From NCBI GenBank assembly GCA_965219345.1, contig OZ244732.1, positions 1,120,001-1,184,000 on the forward strand: 64,000 nt of DNA, given 5' to 3'. The notes under the pieces are model-generated. The model was given only the letters and a program-made list of their open reading frames with translations. It was not told where the DNA came from and did not search any database. The translations under genes were made by a program, and so were the position numbers. Below are positions 9,601 to 20,779 of the stretch, one piece after another. Source of the stretch: Nitrosopumilus sp. (GTDB lineage Archaea; Thermoproteota; Nitrososphaeria; Nitrososphaerales; Nitrosopumilaceae). Each line of letters begins with the position of its first letter. Position 1 is the stretch's first letter.

Positions 9601-12600
9601 GTCTACACCACTCACAACCAGCATCTCAGTCACATCATAGGAATCTGACACTGTTGGAATGTCTACACCACTCACAGCTAGCATCTCAGTCACATCATAG
9701 GAATCTGACACTGTTGGAATGTCTACACCACTCACAGCTAGCATCTCAGTCACATCATAGGAATCTGACACTGTTGGAATGTCTACACCACTCACAACCA
9801 GCATCTCAGTCACATCATAGGAATCTGACACTGTTGGAATGTCTACACCACTCACAACCAGCATCTCAGTCACATCATAGGAATCTGACACTGTTGGAAT
9901 GTCTACACCACTCACAGCTAACATCTCAGTCACATCATAGGAATCTGACACTGTTGGAATGTCTACACCACTCACAGCTAGCATCTCAGTCACATCATAG
10001 GAATCTGACACTGTTGGAATGTCTACACCACTCACAACCAGCATCTCAGTCACATCATAGGAATCTGACACTGTTGGAATGTCTACACCACTCACAACCA
10101 GCATCTCAGTCACATCATAGGAATCTGACACTGTTGGAATGTCTACACCACTCACAACCAGCATCTCAGTCACATCATAGGAATCTGACACTGTTGGAAT
10201 GTCTACACCACTCACAGCTAGCATCTCAGTCACATCATAGGAATCTGACACTGTTGGAATGTCTACACCACTCACAACCAGCATCTCAGTCACATCATAG
10301 GAATCTGACACTGTTGGAATGTCTACACCACTCACAACCAGCATCTCAGTCACATCATAGGAATCTGACACTGTTGGAATGTCTACACCACTCACAACCA
10401 GCATCTCAGTCACATCATAGGAATCTGACACTGTTGGAATGTCTACACCACTCACAACCAGCATCTCAGTCACATCATAGGAATCTGACACTGTTGGAAT
10501 GTCTACACCACTCACAGCTAGCATCTCAGTCACATCATAGGAATCTGACACTGTTGGAATGTCTACACCACTCACAGCCAGCATCTCAGTCACATCATAG
10601 GAATCTGACACTGTTGGAATGTCTACACCACTCACAGCCAGCATCTCAGTCACATCATAGGAATCTGACACTGTTGGGGCATCAACACCACTCACAACCA
10701 GCATCTCAGTCACATCATAGGAATCTGACACTGTTGGGGCATCAACACCACTCACAGCTAACATTTCAATGAATTTGATTATCTGGATGCCGTCATCAAA
10801 CTTGCTTGCAACTATCGCATATATTGTATTGTTAATAGTAAAGGTCTCAACGTCATTTGCACCGTCAAGTTCTTCATAACCACCAACGCCATCAGTTGCA
10901 TGCGATACAGCAAAAGGAGAAGCAGGATCTGATATGTCAATTATCTGGATGCCGTCATCAAGCAAGCTTGCAACTATAGCATATGTCGCACCATTAATCT
11001 CAAATACGTTAACACCAGCTGCACCGCCAAGTTCTTCATAACCACCAACGCCATCAGTTGCATGCGATACAGCAAAAGGAGAAGCAGGATCTGATATGTC
11101 AATTATCTGGATGCCGCCATCAAACAAGCTTACAACTATAGCATATGTCGCACCATTAATCTCAAACACGTTAACACCATTTGCACCGCCAAGTTCTTCA
11201 TAACCACCAACGCCATCAGTTGCATGCGATACAGCAAAAGGAGAAGCAGGATCTGATATGTCAATTATCTGGATGCCGCCATCAAACAAGCTTACAACTA
11301 TAGCATATGTCGCACCATTAATCTCAAACACGTCAACGTCATTTGCACCGCCAAGTTCTTCATAACCACCAACGCCATCAGTTGCATGCGATACAGCAAA
11401 AGGAGAAGCAGGATCTGATATGTCAATTATCTGGATGCCGTTATCATTAACGCTTACAACTATAGCATATGTCGCACCATTAATCTCAAACACGTTAACA
11501 CCATTTGCACCGCCAAGTTCTTCATAACCACCAACGCCATCAGTTGCATGCGATACAGCAAAAGGAGAAGCAGGATCTGATATGTCAATTATCTGGATGC
11601 CGTTATCATTAAAGCTTGCAACTATAGCATATGTCGCACCATTAATCTCAAACACGTTAACACCAGCTGCACCCTCAAGTTCTTCATAACCACCAACGCC
11701 ATCAGTTGCATGCGATACAGCCAAAGGAGAATCAGGGTCTGATATGTCAATTATCTGGATGCCGTCATCAAACTGGCCAGCAACTATAGCATATGTCATA
11801 CTGCCAATCTCAAACACGTCAACGTCATTTGCACCGCCAAGTTCTTCATAACCACCAACGCCATCAGTTGCATGCGATACAGCCAAAGGAGAAGCAGGAT
11901 CTGATATGTCAATTATCTGGATGCCGTCATCAAATAAGCTTGCAACTATAGCATATGTCGCACCATTAATCTCAAACACGTTAACACCAGCTGCACCCTC
12001 AAGTTCTTCATAACCACCAACGCCATCAGTTGCATGCGATACAGCAAAGGGAGAAGCAGGATCTGATATGTCAATTATCTGGATGCCGTCATCAAGATAG
12101 CCAGCAACTATAGCATATGTCGCACCATTAATCTCAAACACGTCAACGTCATTTGCACCCTCAAGTTCTTCATAACCACCAACGCCATCAGTTGCATGCG
12201 ATACAGCCAAAGGAGAATCAGGGTCTGATATGTCAATTATCTGGATGCCGTCATCAAGATAGCCAGCAACTATAGCATATGTCATACTGCCAATCTCAAA
12301 CACGTCAACACCAGCTGCACCCTCAAGTTCTTCATAACCACCAACGCCATCAGTTGCATGCGATACAGCAAAGGGAGAAGCAGGATCTGATATGTCAATT
12401 ATCTGGATGCTGTCATCACTAAAACTTGTAACTATAGCATATGTCATACTGCCAATCTCAAACACGTCAACGTCATTTGCACCATTAAGTTCTCCATAAC
12501 CACCAACGCCATCAGTTGCATGCGATACAGCAAAGGGAGAAGCAGGATCTGATATGTCAATTATCTGGATGCCGTCATCAAACTGACCAGCAACTATAGC

Positions 12601-13608
12601 ATATGTCATACTGCCAATCTCAAACACGTCAACGTCATTTGCACCCTCAAGTTCTTCATAACCACCAACGCCATCAGTTGCATGCGATACAGCAAAGGGA
12701 GAAGCAGGATCTGATATGTCAATTATCTGGATGCCGTCATCTGTACGACTTGCAACTATAGCATATGTCGCACCATTAATCTCAAACACGTCAACGTCAT
12801 TTGCACCCTCAAGTTCTTCATAACCACCAACGCCATCAGTTGCATGCGATACAGCCAAAGGAGAAGCAGGGTCTGATATGTCAATTATCTGGATGCCGTT
12901 ATCAAACCAGCTTGCAACTATAGCATATGTCATATTGTTAATAGTAAAGAACTCAGCATCAATTTCACTTGTAAATTTTTGATAAGTGTCATAAATATCA
13001 GTTACACTGGCCACAGGTGAGATAGAAATATTACTCTTAGTTACAACCATACCATATACTTCTTTACTGACAAATGAAAATAAGATTAAAATTACAAGTG
13101 TTAAAATTAATAAATAATTGTTTAGAGAATTATGTATTGTAATATATTCATAGGAATGAATCTGCCGTCTCAGTTTTTGATTGTAGCATATATTTATAAA
13201 AACATTGTATTTTTTTATACCCACACAATGATTGGTCAATAAAGTTGATATGTAGCTATGATGGTGTCTTGATCTTGTAATCTTTTGCATAACACTGTAT
13301 AGTTTAATCTGAAAACCCAAGACTGAAAATGCACAGCTAACTATGAGAATGAAATGCAAGACAAGCAAGAAAAATAAAACCATATAATTATCCAAAGCTT
13401 GCCATTCAAAAAACAACATGTAACTGTCTGCAAATTCTAGTTTTCTAAGTATGGCATCATGGTGATGCTCTTCAGTAGAATCATAACTTGCATCATATAA
13501 AATGTAGTGCTTTGCACCATCATTATCATAAGAGTCAGAGTATCCTATTCCGCCTAATAAAAACACAGATAACAATATGTTAAAAGAAACAAGAATATGT
13601 TTGTTCAA
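6691..13608 (-). CDS. Giant repetitive cell-surface protein/adhesin: 14 LVIVD-type beta-propeller blades, 20-aa repeat stalk, Pro/Glu linker, amphipathic C-terminus
   Basis: 2305-aa ORF; YAIVA...GIQIIDISDP repeats; hydrophobic N-terminal segments (true start uncertain). Confidence 0.85.
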   Translation of the reverse strand: MNKHILVSFNILLSVFLLGGIGYSDSYDNDGAKHYILYDASYDSTEEHHHDAILRKLEFADSYMLFFEWQALDNYMVLFFLLVLHFILIVSCAFSVLGFQIKLYSVMQKITRSRHHHSYISTLLTNHCVGIKKYNVFINICYNQKLRRQIHSYEYITIHNSLNNYLLILTLVILILFSFVSKEVYGMVVTKSNISISPVASVTDIYDTYQKFTSEIDAEFFTINNMTYAIVASWFDNGIQIIDISDPASPLAVSHATDGVGGYEELEGANDVDVFEINGATYAIVASRTDDGIQIIDISDPASPFAVSHATDGVGGYEELEGANDVDVFEIGSMTYAIVAGQFDDGIQIIDISDPASPFAVSHATDGVGGYGELNGANDVDVFEIGSMTYAIVTSFSDDSIQIIDISDPASPFAVSHATDGVGGYEELEGAAGVDVFEIGSMTYAIVAGYLDDGIQIIDISDPDSPLAVSHATDGVGGYEELEGANDVDVFEINGATYAIVAGYLDDGIQIIDISDPASPFAVSHATDGVGGYEELEGAAGVNVFEINGATYAIVASLFDDGIQIIDISDPASPLAVSHATDGVGGYEELGGANDVDVFEIGSMTYAIVAGQFDDGIQIIDISDPDSPLAVSHATDGVGGYEELEGAAGVNVFEINGATYAIVASFNDNGIQIIDISDPASPFAVSHATDGVGGYEELGGANGVNVFEINGATYAIVVSVNDNGIQIIDISDPASPFAVSHATDGVGGYEELGGANDVDVFEINGATYAIVVSLFDGGIQIIDISDPASPFAVSHATDGVGGYEELGGANGVNVFEINGATYAIVVSLFDGGIQIIDISDPASPFAVSHATDGVGGYEELGGAAGVNVFEINGATYAIVASLLDDGIQIIDISDPASPFAVSHATDGVGGYEELDGANDVETFTINNTIYAIVASKFDDGIQIIKFIEMLAVSGVDAPTVSDSYDVTEMLVVSGVDAPTVSDSYDVTEMLAVSGVDIPTVSDSYDVTEMLAVSGVDIPTVSDSYDVTEMLAVSGVDIPTVSDSYDVTEMLVVSGVDIPTVSDSYDVTEMLVVSGVDIPTVSDSYDVTEMLVVSGVDIPTVSDSYDVTEMLVVSGVDIPTVSDSYDVTEMLAVSGVDIPTVSDSYDVTEMLVVSGVDIPTVSDSYDVTEMLVVSGVDIPTVSDSYDVTEMLVVSGVDIPTVSDSYDVTEMLAVSGVDIPTVSDSYDVTEMLAVSGVDIPTVSDSYDVTEMLVVSGVDIPTVSDSYDVTEMLVVSGVDIPTVSDSYDVTEMLAVSGVDIPTVSDSYDVTEMLAVSGVDIPTVSDSYDVTEMLVVSGVDIPTVSDSYDVTEMLVVSGVDAPTVSDSYDVTEMLAVSGVDAPTVSDSYTTTRMSAVNLADAPTVSDSYDVTEMLAVSGVDAPTVSDSYTTTGMSAVNLADAPTVSDSYDVTEMLAVSGVDAPTVSDSYTTTRMSAVNLADAPTVSDSYDVTEMLAVSGVDAPTVSDSYTTTRMSAVNLADAPTVSDSYDVTEMLAVSGVDAPTVSDSYTTTRMSAVNLADAPTVSDSYDVTEMLAVSGVDAPTVSDSYTTTRMSAVNLADAPTVSDSYDVTEMLAVSGVDAPTVSDSYTTTRMSAVNLADAPTVSDSYDVTEMLAVSGVDAPTVSDSYTTTRMSAVNLADAPTVSDSYTTTGMSAVNLADAPMISDSYTTTGMSAVNLADAPTVSDSYDVTEMLAVSGVDAPTVSDSYTTTRMSAVNLADAPTVSDSYDVTEMLAVSGVDAPTVSDSYTTTRMSAVNLADAPTVSDSYDVTEMLAVSGVDAPTVSDSYTTTRMSAVNLADAPTVSDSYDVTEMLAVSGVDAPTVSDSYTTTGMSAVNLADAPTVSDSYTTTGMSAVNLADAPMISDSYTTTGMSAVNLADAPMISDSYTTTGMSAVNLADAPMISDSYTTTGMSAVNLADAPMISDSYAVTGMSAVNLADAPMISDSYAVTGMSAVNLADAPMISDSYAVTGMSAVNLADAPMISDSYAVTGMSAVNLADAPTVSDSYAVTGMSAVNLADAPTVSDSYSVKEASTINVDVPVSKPKPDPTPEPSRNEGSSGSGVGFTMSPNILLWDQCNNDYFLLIASTYGDNLSAELTNSISGYFGSDVSSDIDFGNYIKTQRIPITFYAFSFDGIPLDAGNLKVKIYDRSSRYAELPVSFGSSCSGYKVLFEPLGVTFESHIEFISPPPEPEIIVMEPESETIVMDPEPEIIVMDPEPEIIVMDPEPEIIVMDPEPVADPDNVFDMVFDLLKKQGLKIADFFMTIFN
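6788..6930 (-). repeat. 27-bp tandem repeat, about 5 copies (PEPEIIVMD)
   Basis: ggctctggatccataacaataatctct repeated. Confidence 0.9.
7417..10768 (-). repeat. 60-bp coding tandem repeat, about 56 copies (EML(A/V)VSGVD(A/I)PTVSDSYDVT and (G/R)MSAVNLADAP(T/M)(V/I)SDSY variants)
   Basis: Visible as near-identical consecutive 60-nt lines from 7441 to 10741. Confidence 0.97.
10775..12950 (-). repeat. 162-bp (54-aa) coding tandem repeat, 14 LVIVD-like blades
   Basis: cttgcaacta recurs at 162-bp spacing (12911, 12749 ... about 10805); 14 (G/S)IQII motifs. Confidence 0.95.
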
Positions 13609-13680
13609 TATATAAAATATAGCTTATTTCTAATTTATATTGCACTGTTATATTAATGTATCTAGCAACATACTAAAATA

Positions 13681-13695
13681 GGGGGGGGGGGGGGG
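13681..13695 (+). promoter_or_regulatory. G15 homopolymer in the divergent promoter region; candidate phase-variation tract
   Basis: 15 consecutive G, 11 nt before the ATG at 13707, in very AT-rich intergenic DNA. Confidence 0.6.
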
Positions 13696-13706
13696 TAGAG
13701 AGAAAT

Positions 13707-14354
13707 ATGCAGAATCGTATAATAAATAATCATAAAAAAATCTCGATTCTAATACCTCTTGCAGTTTCAGCAATAATGATTTTTCCTGTTGGCATTTTTG
13801 GACTAAATGCAGACAACATGGACTACTCTAACTTGCAATTTTATGGTACAGCTACAATTACACAGTATGATCCCCTTGGAAACCCCGTATTTACACAAAC
13901 AATTCATAACCAGTTGTTAGATTCTGGTGAGCAATTCATTTTACAAAATACATTCAAGGGTAGTGGTAATGATACTCGGATCGCCTCTATCTGTATAACA
14001 AATGAAGATCCCGTTACAGTTTCTGAAGGCCGGACTGTGACTGATTTTGATAGTGCTAACACTATTGGACAAAATAACTGCAAGACTGATGATGCAGTAG
14101 ATCTTACAACACTTGGAGTTGCAAAGATACAATCCCCAACATTTAGAGTAGGTAATCAAGCCGGAGACCTTTCAGTGGCAACTACCATAACAGGTATTGG
14201 AATCTGTCAAAATTCCACTAATATCACCTTTACTGACTGTGGAACGGCTGGGCAAACTTTATTTGCAGTTATTGATGTAGCGGATATCACACTTAATCCA
14301 GATGATTCTGTAGATATCTCTTATGAATTTAACATAGCATCACCAGATACCTAA
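13707..14354 (+). CDS. Secreted beta-rich protein resembling phage tail-fibre/baseplate-associated subunits
   Basis: Signal peptide; HNQLLDSG...ITGIGI...TLFAV...DDSVDISYEFNI pattern; 4 Cys. Confidence 0.6.
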   Translation: MQNRIINNHKKISILIPLAVSAIMIFPVGIFGLNADNMDYSNLQFYGTATITQYDPLGNPVFTQTIHNQLLDSGEQFILQNTFKGSGNDTRIASICITNEDPVTVSEGRTVTDFDSANTIGQNNCKTDDAVDLTTLGVAKIQSPTFRVGNQAGDLSVATTITGIGICQNSTNITFTDCGTAGQTLFAVIDVADITLNPDDSVDISYEFNIASPDT

Positions 14355-14377
14355 GACATAACTGTTTTCCATATAGT

Positions 14378-14791
14378 ATGAAGTATATTATACTCACTCT
14401 AGTTGTAGTTTCAACAGTATTTTTACTGGTAATATTTTCAGGAAATACATCAGAGACATTACTTGGTTTATTTTTAGTAAAGTTTGCTCCAATGAATTGG
14501 GATATGGTAAATGAAAGAAATATTGTAAAAAACACAATTCCAATTTCAGTAATAAAACAAGTTAATGATGAATTTTGTAAAATAAAAGCAGATGCGTTTG
14601 ATAGAATAGTTGATCATTCATATTTTGTATCAAGTAGCAGTCTCTCAGAGGAGTTAAGATATGATAGGGAAAACGGCACATTAACTATTCCATGTGATGG
14701 AATATCAGATGATAGTCTAGAATTGCATATATGGTATGTTATACCAGAAGATGCCAAATATGGTGGAAAGTATCAGTATTTTGTGACATAG
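14378..14791 (+). CDS. Hypothetical membrane-anchored protein
   Basis: 137-aa ORF with N-terminal TM; same orientation and closely spaced with neighbours. Confidence 0.7.
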   Translation: MKYIILTLVVVSTVFLLVIFSGNTSETLLGLFLVKFAPMNWDMVNERNIVKNTIPISVIKQVNDEFCKIKADAFDRIVDHSYFVSSSSLSEELRYDRENGTLTIPCDGISDDSLELHIWYVIPEDAKYGGKYQYFVT

Positions 14792-14835
14792 ACAAATCAG
14801 TAAGATATTTTTATACAACAGTTTTTTTATTACTT

Positions 14836-15102
14836 GTGAGAAAATCATTAATTCTAACTATATTATTTGTGGCTTCTTTAACCTCTCTTATAGCGGTATT
14901 GTATTCAACAACCACCTTTTTTGCTCCAACGATAAATGATACACCGGCTGTATATGATGATATGAAACTTGAGATATCTAATTCTGATATAGTTGATGTT
15001 TATGATAGTATAAACAGCAATAAAACTAGTGATTCATTTACTGATGAGGCAAAACATTACACCATAAACGCAGTAGATACACCTGTTATGAAAGAACCCT
15101 AA
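14836..15102 (+). CDS. Small membrane-anchored protein ending in a single stalk-repeat-like motif
   Basis: GTG start, TM helix, C-terminal YTINAVDTPVMKEP. Confidence 0.6.
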   Translation: MRKSLILTILFVASLTSLIAVLYSTTTFFAPTINDTPAVYDDMKLEISNSDIVDVYDSINSNKTSDSFTDEAKHYTINAVDTPVMKEP

Positions 15103-15182
15103 GGCAATTTGTTTTTGTTAGTATCTTTGAGTTTCTCATCCGCGTTGTAGATACACCTGTTATGAAAGAACCCTAAGGCAAT
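15073..15182 (+). repeat. CRISPR-like unit: perfect 36-bp direct repeat flanking a 38-bp unique insert
   Basis: gtagatacacctgttatgaaagaaccctaaggcaat at 15073-15108 and 15147-15182. Confidence 0.9.
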
Positions 15183-15241
15183 CTTATAGTGTGTTGATCA
15201 ACTAGTAAATAAATTTGTTCTACCGATATTTGGAATTGTTT

Positions 15242-16028
15242 TATATGAAAATCACTTCCGCTAGTCATCGGCGTCCTCCTCCATCCATTTTGGGTTCTTT
15301 TTCCTGATCGCATCTGTGGCCCTTTTGTCGTCTGCCGTTGCGTCCCACAAAGCACGAACCATTGTCAGACAGTATGGTTGCAGGTGTGCCGAATTTCCCT
15401 ACTGCCTTTCTTAGTACCAGTACGGCATTCTCAGAGGTGGCCTGCATGAAGAGCCGTGCTGCCATGATGATGCACCGTGAGGAGTCATCCAGATACGTGA
15501 CCAGATGGAGCCCGCCAAGGCGCGGATCTCTCATGATGTGCCAGTCCACGTGCCACATGGCATTTGAGTATCTTCTCTCAAAGCGTACCCATTTGCGCTT
15601 CCTTGACTTGGCCACAGAGTGTATGGCCGGTCCATTCTCCTTCATGATTCTGTATGTGCTTCTGTAGCTTATGTTATGGTCTTCCTGCAGGTGCATGGCA
15701 ATGCGTACCACTCCAACCGGTTCTTTGCGGTGCATGTCCAATACTGCCCGTCTCTCCTGGCGTGGGCAGAAGAATCTGCCTTCTTCTTGGGTTGCGTTGT
15801 ATGTGATGCGTGTCCGTACTGCAAAACTCGGCCCACAGCTACTGGATGCGCCTTTGTTACCTTGAGCTCCGATGCAATCTCTGCCGTGGATCTCTTCTTC
15901 TTGCACTGGGCAGCGGCGTATCTGATCTGCCCCCTGTTAGTCTGACTCTCATCTGCCTTGCTGATCGGTACAGCCCAACGTAGTCCTTTGCAAGTCTCCT
16001 AAAAGTGAGGCGAAATGATTTCGGTACA
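15242..16028 (-). mobile_element. Degenerate IS481-family element (frameshifted rve/DDE transposase, ATG at about 15952)
   Basis: RKKWVRFER.YSNAMWHVDW-type motif, YLDDSSR, ILSDNGSCF; visibly GC-richer than flanks; imperfect ends tgtaccgaaatcatttcg / tatatgaaaatcacttcc. Confidence 0.8.
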
Positions 16029-16047
16029 AGAGACCGGGGAGTTCTAG

Positions 16048-19008
<2,961 letters not shown>

Positions 19009-19124
19009 CTATTTCCAACCCTCCTTATTTTATTCAACTTTAAAAAATCACGCTGATTTTTTGAATTCCTACTGTGCGGGGTGGGAAAAGCTTATTATAA
19101 TTTGAAGCGGCTTTTCTGTTCATA

Positions 19125-19475
19125 ATGGCATCCGAACAAACACAAAAGATGATCACAATCACTCCTAAAGCAGCTGAGAAAATCAAGGAATTCATGAAAG
19201 AGGAAGCAGAAGCCCCTGAATATCTTAGAGTATATGTTCAAGGTGGCGGTTGTTCTGGTCTGTCTTATGGAATGGGCTTTGAAAAGGCACCAGAAGAGGA
19301 CGACATCGTTATGGAAGAAAATGGAGTAAAATTCCTAGTTGACAGCTATAGTGTTGACCATCTTCAAGGTGCAAACGTAGACTATATTGAAAGCCTAATG
19401 GGTTCTGGATTTAAAATCAATAATCCAAATGTTACAAAATCCTGTTCATGTGGTCACTCATTTAGCACTGAATAA
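19125..19475 (+). CDS. erpA: Fe-S cluster assembly A-type carrier (IscA/ErpA/HesB)
   Basis: GGGCSGLSY and CSCGHSF. Confidence 0.9.
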   Translation: MASEQTQKMITITPKAAEKIKEFMKEEAEAPEYLRVYVQGGGCSGLSYGMGFEKAPEEDDIVMEENGVKFLVDSYSVDHLQGANVDYIESLMGSGFKINNPNVTKSCSCGHSFSTE

Positions 19476-19627
19476 ACGACTACATTATTTTTCATTTTTA
19501 GATCTCCCTAGTGATTATTGCGCAAGCATATTCCTTAAATCCCAAATCTTCAGCACAATTTCTTTCGATACCCTCATATATCTAAAGCAGAGACTACAAT
19601 TATGATAATTAAGGAGATGAATAATTT

Positions 19628-20770
19628 ATGCCTCAATCAGGAATTGTCAAATATCATGTTAAACTTTCCTATGAAGTTGATGGGCTCGTTGAAAGAGCAG
19701 ATATAATCGGCGCAATCTTTGGTCAAACAGAAGGACTGTTAGGTCCAGAGATGAATCTGAATGAACTGCAACGAGTTTCTAAAGTAGGACGTATTGAAGT
19801 TAATGCAAAATCTACAGCTAATACTACATCTGGTGATGCTTTAATCCCAATGAGTACTGACATTGACACTTGTGCATTAATCGCTGCAGGAATTGAAAGC
19901 ATTGACAAAGTAGGTCCATTTGATTGCAAATTCAAATTAGATGCTATTGATGATGTAAGAGCTGCAAAGAAAGACGATATTGTAAGACGCGCAAAAGAAA
20001 TCAAGCAAAAATGGGCAACAAAAACCGTTAGTGAAGGAGAAACCATGCTAAATGATGTTCACCAAGGTGATACTGGAAAACTGTCTACATATGGACCATC
20101 AAAACTTACATGCAGTTCTGGCGTCTTCGATTCTAATTGGATAATTCTAGTTGAAGGACGAGCAGATGTAATTAACCTTCTAAGAGCAGGATATGATAAT
20201 TCTCTTGCAATTGAAGGTGCAAAAATTGATGAATCTATCAAAGAACTATGTAATGAAAAAGATATTGTCGTTGCTTTCCTTGATGGAGATAGAGCAGGTG
20301 GGTTTATCCTCAAAGAACTAAAATCTGTTGTTGCATTAGACTATGAACTTCAAGCAGACAACGATGTTGAAGTTGAAGAATTAACCCCACAAAGAATTGA
20401 TGAAATTCTAAGTCCCATTGCTGATGAAATTAAAGGTGGAAAACCAACACCATCACTCAAAAATGAAGATGATAAACCACTTGTGGACGTAGCATCAAAG
20501 ATTTTTCCAAATCTTAATGAAACACTTGAAGCAGTTGCACTAGACAGTGATCAAAACGAAATTTTCAAGGTTCCAATCAGCGAAGTTGTTAGTAAATTGT
20601 TAACACAATCAGGAATCAAATATCTTCTGCTAGACGGAATTATAACTCAAAGACTAGTAGAAGGAGCCAAAAATGCAGGCATTGAATGTGTTATTGGTCA
20701 TAGGGTTGCTAAACTATCTGACTCTAATGGAATGACACTTAAAACATTTAGTGACTTGGGCGTAGCATAG
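19628..20770 (+). CDS. dnaG: Archaeal DnaG primase-like/exosome-associated protein
   Basis: GAIFGQTEGLLG, VEGRADV, DGDRAG (TOPRIM). Confidence 0.93.
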   Translation: MPQSGIVKYHVKLSYEVDGLVERADIIGAIFGQTEGLLGPEMNLNELQRVSKVGRIEVNAKSTANTTSGDALIPMSTDIDTCALIAAGIESIDKVGPFDCKFKLDAIDDVRAAKKDDIVRRAKEIKQKWATKTVSEGETMLNDVHQGDTGKLSTYGPSKLTCSSGVFDSNWIILVEGRADVINLLRAGYDNSLAIEGAKIDESIKELCNEKDIVVAFLDGDRAGGFILKELKSVVALDYELQADNDVEVEELTPQRIDEILSPIADEIKGGKPTPSLKNEDDKPLVDVASKIFPNLNETLEAVALDSDQNEIFKVPISEVVSKLLTQSGIKYLLLDGIITQRLVEGAKNAGIECVIGHRVAKLSDSNGMTLKTFSDLGVA

Positions 20771-20779
20771 GCTTTCTAG

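Noticed and set aside
7417-10768. 60-bp array as a CRISPR
   Set aside because: No unique spacers; it is an in-frame coding tandem repeat.
7734-10772. Plus-strand His/Gln-rich ORFs (e.g. 9474-10772)
   Set aside because: Antisense shadows of the stop-poor repeat array.
10775-12950. Diversity-generating retroelement acting on the propeller loops
   Set aside because: No reverse transcriptase or template repeat in the window, and the changes are not confined to adenines.
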